A DNA stretch of 64,000 nt from the human T2T-CHM13v2.0 reference genome, Homo sapiens, in assembly GCF_009914755.1 (NCBI RefSeq), contig NC_060928.1; one strand, 5' to 3'. The stretch's first letter is position 1. Every line of letters starts with the position of its first letter. Positions 55,213 through 64,000 of this stretch are shown piece after piece. The position numbers were made by a program, and so were the translations under genes. Below the pieces are notes generated by a model that worked only from the letters and a program-made list of their open reading frames with translations, did not search any database and was not told the DNA's origin.

Positions 55213-57114
55213 AGGTTTTGCTTTCAAGAGAGCATCAGCTGATACAGGCTTGCCCTAAGTTCACCTGGATAGGTATTCAGGTTTCTCAGGTAATGGGCGG
55301 GGCCATAGAAATCACAAAAGATTATGTCTTTTGTCTTCAGCTACTACAGCAGGTAGAGAAAAACCATCAAGTGGGAGCAGGGATAAGCGAGCCTGAGCTT
55401 CAACTTCCCTTGGGTGGGGCTTGCTGTGGCCACTATGGGAGATGGGGGAATGGTTCTCAGGCCAACGGAATTATATTCCCAGAAGGATTACGGCTGCCTT
55501 TGCTGGGTCATACAGGTCGCCAGGGAAGTGGGGGAAAACCAGCAGTGATAGGCCTCACCCAGTTCCCACACAGCCAGTAAGGCTAGTCTCACTCTCGCCA
55601 CCAGCACCAAATTTATATCCAGGCAGCGGCCGAGCAGGGCTGAGATCTTGCACCAACCTACAAGCCTCCCCACTGAGAATGCAGGCAGGGCTTTCAGGCC
55701 CCACCCTTCCCCACTTGTTTCTGTGCTCATATCTGTACTTCCTGTTTGCTGCCCTGGAAGGTTCTGCCCAGGAAGGTTCATGCTCATGAAATTATTACAA
55801 AATTCATCTGGAAGTTTCCTTCCGCCTGTGGCCCTTCCTCAGTTCTACTGGCAGCCCTCCCCAAGGACCCCTGTGAGACAAAGTCAGAAATGGCTTCCCT
55901 GGGGACTGGGAGTGCCCACAGGGCTCTTCTCACTGCTTCTTCTACCTTTATATTTCACTGGGCTCTCTAAGTTTATTTCAGCTCTAGGTAAGGTTAAATC
56001 CTTCTCTGGTGATCTGGATTTTCAGGTCCTCTAGTGAAGATGTGTGTTTGGAGGCAGCCTTCCCCTTTTCACACTTTGGGCACTCACAGTTTTATGTCTA
56101 TCTTAGGGAGCTTGCAGCAGCAAGCCGCTTCCTTCAAAGGGTCTGTGAATTATTTTGGTTTTCCTGGTATGTTCCTGCAGTAGTTCTTGGAGTAAAAGTT
56201 CACAATGTGAGTCTCCACACACTGTTCCATCTGTCCAAGTGGGGGCTGATAGTCCTGCCTCCTAGCTGCAGTTTTTCTCCTTTGTTGGATACTTTTTCTA
56301 ACAGCCATCCTCTGTGATCATAAATAATCCCTGAATATTATCCTTGATCTCAAAAGCTGTTTTTATTTTATTTTGTCCTGTTAGTTAACAATGCAGCAAG
56401 ACGTGTTAATTAGTATATGTAAATTTCCTTGAACTATGATCATAGTGCCATATAGTGTTAAGCAACTAATAAGGCCAAAAAATTAACCTCTGTCATAAGA
56501 ACTAACAGGGAATCTAGTGTTGTGTTTTCAACAGGCTATATTATTCCAGAGAACTTTGTATCACTCATTTGTGCTCATGTCCTGAAGCTAGGAAACCAAC
56601 CCCAAGAAATTAATTTCTACCAGTGTTGCTTAGAGTGCCTGTAAATATTGATGAATTTATTTTCTCGACCTCTTCCTCCTCCCACTTCCAATCTGCTAAG
56701 GTACTTAGTCTGCTAGGAAGTCATTCTCTCCTCTAATTAAATATCCAGAACTCCAAAAGCCATAGAATAGACCAATCTCCCGGGAGGGCTTTGTGAGCCT
56801 TGGTTCCACATATGAAACACAACTCCTTTTATCAATGGGGACTTGCCATACCTGCTTAAATAAGATTTATTCTAATATAACACTTCAAGGCTTTGGTTAT
56901 ACAATTGATTTTTTTCCTGACTTTATCTTGATTAACGACAAGAACAACAAGAGCTTCTTATTGGCTCCTTGCAAATGCTACCCTGTTCTTAAAGGAAAAG
57001 AAACTTAAAACTATTTGTCCCTGAATTTTGAGGTGTCAGTGAGAATAAAACACAATTTTAATAATATTTCATTTTAGCATGGGAAAGCATAGTCTAAAAC
57101 AGGGGTCAGCAAAC

Positions 57115-57337
57115 TTTTTTTTTCTTTTATTATTATACTTTAAGTTTTAGGGTACATGTGCACAATTTGCAGGTTAGTTACATATGTATACATGTGCCAC
57201 GCTGGTGCGCTGCACCCACTAACTTGTCATCTAGCATTAGGTATATCTCCCAATGCTATCCCTCCCCCCTCCCCCCACCCCACAACAGTCCCCAGAGTGT
57301 GATGTTCCCCTTCCTGTGTCCATGTGATCTCATTGTT
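57115..57337 (-). mobile_element. Young 5'-truncated L1 3' end (L1PA2-like)
   Basis: ttattatactttaagttttagggtacatgtgcac...tccatgtgatctcattgtt; diagnostic site reads GACAAGTTAG in L1 sense (GAG-type with CpG decay, not Ta ACA). Confidence 0.85.
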
Positions 57338-57352
57338 AGGGCCAGATAATAA

Positions 57353-57556
<204 letters not shown>

Positions 57557-60500
57557 ATGTTTTCAGTTTTGCAGGCCATGAGTGTCTGATGTAAGATTTA
57601 TGCTCAAATCCGCCATTGTAACGGAAAGCAGCCATAGACAGTATGTCAAAAGGGGGCATATCTGGATTTTGCCTGTCATAGGCTGCATTTGACCTGTAGT
57701 GAGCTGGATTTAGCCCATGGACCATAGTTCAATGACCCTTAGTTTAAAGGCTAGGGATAGGTCAAGAAGAAAGAAAAAGGGCTTCACTGTATGCCTATAA
57801 TAAACTAGAATATTAAAAATAATGTTAATACACAATAAGTAAATTAAAAATATCACAACCACAATTATATTCATTTTATCAGTTCATTCAGTCTCATGTA
57901 ATTATTATTTGCACTGGCTCTAGAGACTACATTCTGCTTTTACAAAGTTGCTGCTTCCGTACTCAAACAGAGCCCTAAAAATCCTGACTCCCTTGCTACA
58001 ATCTGTAGTTGTTTAAGTGGTATCTGCTTGGAAGTCTGTACTCATTTAAGTAATGAGTCTATTAAAGTATTGGTGGGTAAAAGTACCTCGTCCTTTTCAT
58101 TGAGGTTCTGAGGATGTCTGTCTGTTCAAAGACTACTTTTTAGCTTGTAGCTTGTAGCAGAACCTTCAGGGAAGTATGAGAGAAAAGCCAGAAGTTGATG
58201 ACAGGACTCAATGGTGGGGGGACTCTTTTTTATTACAGTAATTGATCATACTGGAATGGAAGAGAGCAAAATCATTTACAAAGATGCAATGAATAACCAT
58301 TTTATAAGATTTGAATCACTATGTCCCCTGAGGGTAAGGACATACTACAGACAGTGAGAACACTGACAACTCTTTGGGACATTCCTAAAATGTAAAACCT
58401 CAGAGAAAAAAATTAAGCCAGAGAAGGCTGAGCTCTCTTCCACTGGACAACTCTCCCCATTTAGCTCTCAGGTAGCTCTCATCTTTGTGTTTACCCTGAT
58501 CCAGTCCTTCACCCTTTTCTCTTATCAACTGTGTGTTTTCCTTGTGAACTTTTACCCCTTGATGCAATATCAAGTGTCCTGTACTAACAGTTTGTATTTT
58601 TATACATCCCACCCATTCCTTATAATCTGCCCCCTATACAGCTCCACTCGTAGGTTTCAGAGTCACTAAAACACAACCTGTTCAAAGCATAACATATAGG
58701 GACTTCCATTTCTGGCTCTGATAAGCGTAACTGATCTGCCACAAGCAAATATAAAACAGGTCAATAAATATGAGGAAGTTAGTTTCACGCACTGAAAAAC
58801 AAGTAACGCGAGACCATATTCCTTGAGAGAAGTGAACCACACAGTCACTGCAGCTTTCTGTCTGGTGCAGTTTATGGACTTTAGTGCAGGTAAGGAGGAT
58901 ATGGGTTTCTTACGGGTCCTTCACTCAGGGCTAGGAGGCAGATACACCGAGTGAGGCTTCATGAGGCTTAGCAGAGAGTGGCTTTTGATTGGCTAGGGGT
59001 TGTATGGTACTGTGAGACATTGGAGTTTTGGACAAACCAGATGGAATGTTTTCAGTGAATGCTTCAAACCTCATAAAGGCCACGTGCTAGGAGTAGGATC
59101 ATGTTCTAGGGCACAGGTCAGAAAACTGTGGCCAAATCTGGCTTCTGGGCTTGATTTGTGCACCCCACAATCCAAGAATAATTCTGCATTTTAGAAGCAG
59201 CAGCATCAGGAGAAGGTGAAGGAAGAGGAGGAGTGGGGAAAGGAGAGGAAGAAGGAAAATGAGACAGAGACCATATTTGACTCACAAAGGCCAAAATATT
59301 TACTACCTGGTCCTATGCACACAATATTTGCCAACTCCTGCAATAATGTCCTGGACTAGGAATAAATGTAAAACAGAACCACCCTGAAAAAGGAATAAAA
59401 CCAAGCCAGAGTAGGGGAACTTGGCACCAACTGACTGCTTTGCAGAACAAAACTAACATTCTTTAAAGAAGACAACATAATCTAGACTCTTCATAATGTA
59501 TCACACCTAATGCCCAGCATACAATAAAAAATTTCTAGACATATAAGAAGTTAGAATTATGTTACTCATGATCAAGGGAACAAAACCCAGTTAATGGGAA
59601 TAGAGTTTTATATGTTGTAAAGACTAAACTGAACTATAGAGTTCAGATGTTGTAAAGACTAAAATTTTAAGATTGCCATTACAAATATGTTCAGAGGTAA
59701 AAAGGAAAACATGGCCACAATAAGTGAACAGGTGGAAAACCTCAAATGGAAAACCTCAATAGAGCAATGAGCCTTATAAAAAGAAACAAATGAAAATTCT
59801 ATAACCGAAAGGTAAGCTGTTAGAAATGAAGACTTTACTGGAGGGGTTTGACAGCAGATTGGAGACTTCACAAGAAAAGGTACAGTGAACTTGAAGAGAA
59901 ATCAATAAAAATTATCCCATCTGAAGAAGAAAGAGAAAAAAGTGGAAAGATGAAAACAATGAACAGAGACTTAGTGATCATGTGAGATTATTAAGTTGTC
60001 TAACATCCACATAATTGGGATTCAAGAAAGGGAGAAGGGAGGGAATGGGCAGAAAAAATATTTGAGAAAATAATACCTGAAAATTCCCAAAATTGGGTAG
60101 TAAAAAATTAATATTCATCCAAGATGCTCAGTAAATCCCAAACAAGATAAGTACAAAGAGAACTCCACTTAGAAAATCTTAAAAGAAGCCAAAGAAAAAA
60201 AGACCCAACACAGGAGAACAAAGATGCATATGACAAATGCCTTCTACTGGGAAGTAATGAGGGCCAGAAGACATATAAGAACTTCTTAAACTCATTGAAA
60301 GAAGAAGGAAAACTGTCAGCAAAGACAGGTGTTTTCATGCTAACTTTATCCAGCATGAATATCCTTCAAAAATTAGAATAAAATAGATTTTCAGATCCAT
60401 TTTTAAAAAGCTGAAAAGATATGTTGCCAGCAGATCTACACTATGAGAAATGCTAACGGAAGTTCTTTAGCCTCCAAATAAATGACATTAGATGAAAACT

Positions 60501-60609
60501 CAGACCTACGGAAGTAAAGCAAAGACCAGAAATTTTAAATACATGGATAAATATAAAAAATACTGTTTTGTTCTCAATTTCTTTTTTTCTTTATCTTTTT
60601 AAAAATTGA

Positions 60610-60765
<156 letters not shown>

Positions 60766-60997
60766 TAAGAAACATGTAACACTTTGAAGCAAAGGTAATA
60801 TTGCATTTCGAAATTTACAATATATGTTGAACAAAATATGACAATAGCTCAGGGGACAAAAATGAAACTATACTCTTGAAAGCACCTTGCACTTCACATG
60901 AAGTGGAATATTACTCTGTAGTGTGTAATAAGGTAAGGGTGAATGTTCTACTCACTAGAGTAGCTGCTATAAAAAATAAGACATAGCTAAAACCTCA

Positions 60998-61417
<420 letters not shown>

Positions 61418-62502
61418 TCATATTAATAATTACTTAAAGTGAACTGCCTAAACTCTTTATTCAAGAGGCAGAGAACTTCTGACCGAATAAAAATGTAAGA
61501 CCCACAGTGTGTTGCCCATAAATGATGAAATGTAAGTATAAATACACATGTCAAAAAGGAGGGGGAAATTATGTATTACAAAATAGTAGGCATAAGAAAG
61601 CTGGTATGCTTATATCAATTTCACACAAAGTAGCCTTCAAGACAAAGATTGTTACTACATATAAAGAGGGACATTTCATATTGAGGAAAGGGTTAATTTA
61701 CCAACAAAGCACACACATCCTAAATATGTTTATATAAGAAGTACATGATAACAGAGCTTCAAAATGCATGAAACAAAAGCTCATGCAATTAAGGCAAGAA
61801 CCAGACAAATCCACAATTGCAAGAGTACATTTCAACACTCCTTTTTCATACATTGAAACAATGGAACAAGGAAGAGAAGGGCGAGTTGGGAAGCTGCACC
61901 TGCCTCACCTCTCTGACTGCTCATGCCCGTGAACCTTTCCCTCCCGATCTCTCCCATACATGTATTTGAAATGTCCTTCCTTAATCTGTTTATCAGAAGT
62001 ATGTGGAATCAGATACAAAAGTTGTGATACACATGTCATGGTTTTCTTTGTTCTGTGACAGTTATAACCCCTCAATTATTTAACCAAGAGGGAAAACGAG
62101 CTGGAGCACCTCAGTGCAAATTAGCTGAGAGTGCAAATCAATGGCAACCTCTCAACTTGCTTGGCACTGTGTTCCCTACCTGCAAAAATTTATTTACTCA
62201 ATAGAGACACATACAGAGCCTGGCATCACTTTGTACACATTTTTTTCTCTAAGTCTCTTTTGGTTATTTGACATTGTGGCCACTATTAGTTATGATTTTT
62301 TTTCCTGGTTCAATGATGTGATTATTTGAAAACATCAGAACAACAGCCCCTGTCTTCTTTGGCAATTTCTGTCTTTGACTTTATTTTAGTGCTTTCTTCT
62401 CCTTTCTTTCTCTCCCATTGTGTCTTCCATTAACTGGTGATGAACTCCTGGGGGAGATTTCTCAGGTGTAACCAGGGTTAGAGAAAGGACTGGCCTAACC
62501 TA

Positions 62503-62907
<405 letters not shown>

Positions 62908-64000
62908 GACGGTGCACGGTTTCATTAAGCCTTACACTGCACAGGTGTATAAATTACAGAGGGCAGGACAGCTAAATCCAATGCTGTGTTCGAATCTTGT
63001 CTAGACTGGCATTTCAGTGTGGCACATAAGCACTTGACACATTTCTAAGCTGGTAACAGCCCCCTGGGTTCTCTCTTCCTTTCTCATTTGGTCAGTATTC
63101 ACTGGCAATATTTTTTCTTCTATCCCAAAGATCACAAACCGGCTGTCACAAACTGGCTGTCTTTGAGCCAAAGCTGGTCCTCAGACATGTTTTATTCAGA
63201 CCGCACAGCTAAATTTTTTAGAAGTTGCCAAATTAAAATATCTGGAGATTTCACACACATGTACACATTTTCAGCTTTCCTTAAACAAACAAACAACCAA
63301 AAACACGCAAAAAAAGGAAGGGCAATACTAAGACTGGGCTGCACATGCATTCAGGCTCTTGGCGGGCCTCGTGGAGATCTGAGTTTGCCCCTCTTTTTCT
63401 GGTTAACATGCCCCTCCTCAACGTCTCCGACGCATCAGAGTTCAGGGATGTGAAGAAAAATTTTGAGATCTCTCATCTAAAGATTGCATTATTTGGAACT
63501 GTGAGTCTCCCTTCCCCATCGTTATCACATATACCAGCCAGCAAACCCTTTTATTACGCTGCTGATTTTACAACTGGGAAGACGGCAATCAGAAAAATAA
63601 AAAAGGGCTGTGGTTTCTCCCAGTTTCCTCTAGATGGCAGTATTGTATTGGTATTATTTCCAATACTCCCGATCCCAGCTGCTTTCAAAATGTTAATTAC
63701 ATAATTTTTCAGTGGGAATAATCTTTGTTTCTAAATTTATTACAGTATTTTTTCAATAATGTCAAATTTATCAGTAAGCAGGTAGAGTCCACAAAGCTGC
63801 AGTTTTAAGAGAACAGAACGACCGACTTTTTACCCCTCCTTGGAACTTCCCGAGTTAATGAGTAGAAACAGAACATATTGCAACGTATAATTGTCACGAT
63901 TATGCGGGCTGTTCATTTAGCGTTTTCGTGTGCACATGCATTCAGCTGCCACATCTGCAGTGCACGTTGGAAAAATAGCCCCTTCTCTGTGCAGTTGGAA

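Noticed and set aside
57760-58420. Possible ERV internal fragment
   Set aside because: Resemblance too weak to call by eye; needs RepeatMasker
59612-59664. Direct repeat ATGTTGTAAAGACTAAA twice with a spacer (CRISPR-like look)
   Set aside because: Only two copies inside an old L1 in a mammalian genome; simple local duplication or TSD

Overview
Primate (very likely human) genomic DNA: AT-rich, CpG-poor and dense in Alu/L1/L2/MIR repeats. The window holds the 3' part of STIM2 (stromal interaction molecule 2, ER Ca2+ sensor) on the + strand. Nine constitutive coding exons, read by hand between 10478 and 38097, join in frame through GT-AG junctions and encode the SAM domain, TM helix, CC1, SOAR/CAD, the His/Pro-rich region and the polybasic tail. 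The window also holds the 24-nt VAASYLIQ microexon (STIM2.1/STIM2beta), an exon giving the short C-terminus CIHLGLGACKSE (matches my recollection of STIM2.3), the 3'UTR, and about 23 kb of repeat-rich downstream DNA with a near full-length L1PB. Exon numbers are inferred because exons 1-3 lie outside the window. I see no new gene or prokaryote-type system; almost all ORF-track entries are repeat-derived or spurious. The most interesting signals concern STIM2 isoform choice: (i) up to four alternative C-termini selectable in the last intron, including a candidate terminal exon at 34500 whose stop overlaps AATAAA; (ii) the short-isoform exon appears to owe its stop codon and donor to a poly(A)-tailed micro-insertion with target-site duplication; (iii) a CpG-rich patch with a strong donor upstream of the SOAR exons; (iv) a candidate TM-less luminal isoform; (v) a possible stop-free exon 4-11 circle. 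All are sequence-based hypotheses needing RNA evidence, and repeat subfamily calls are by eye.
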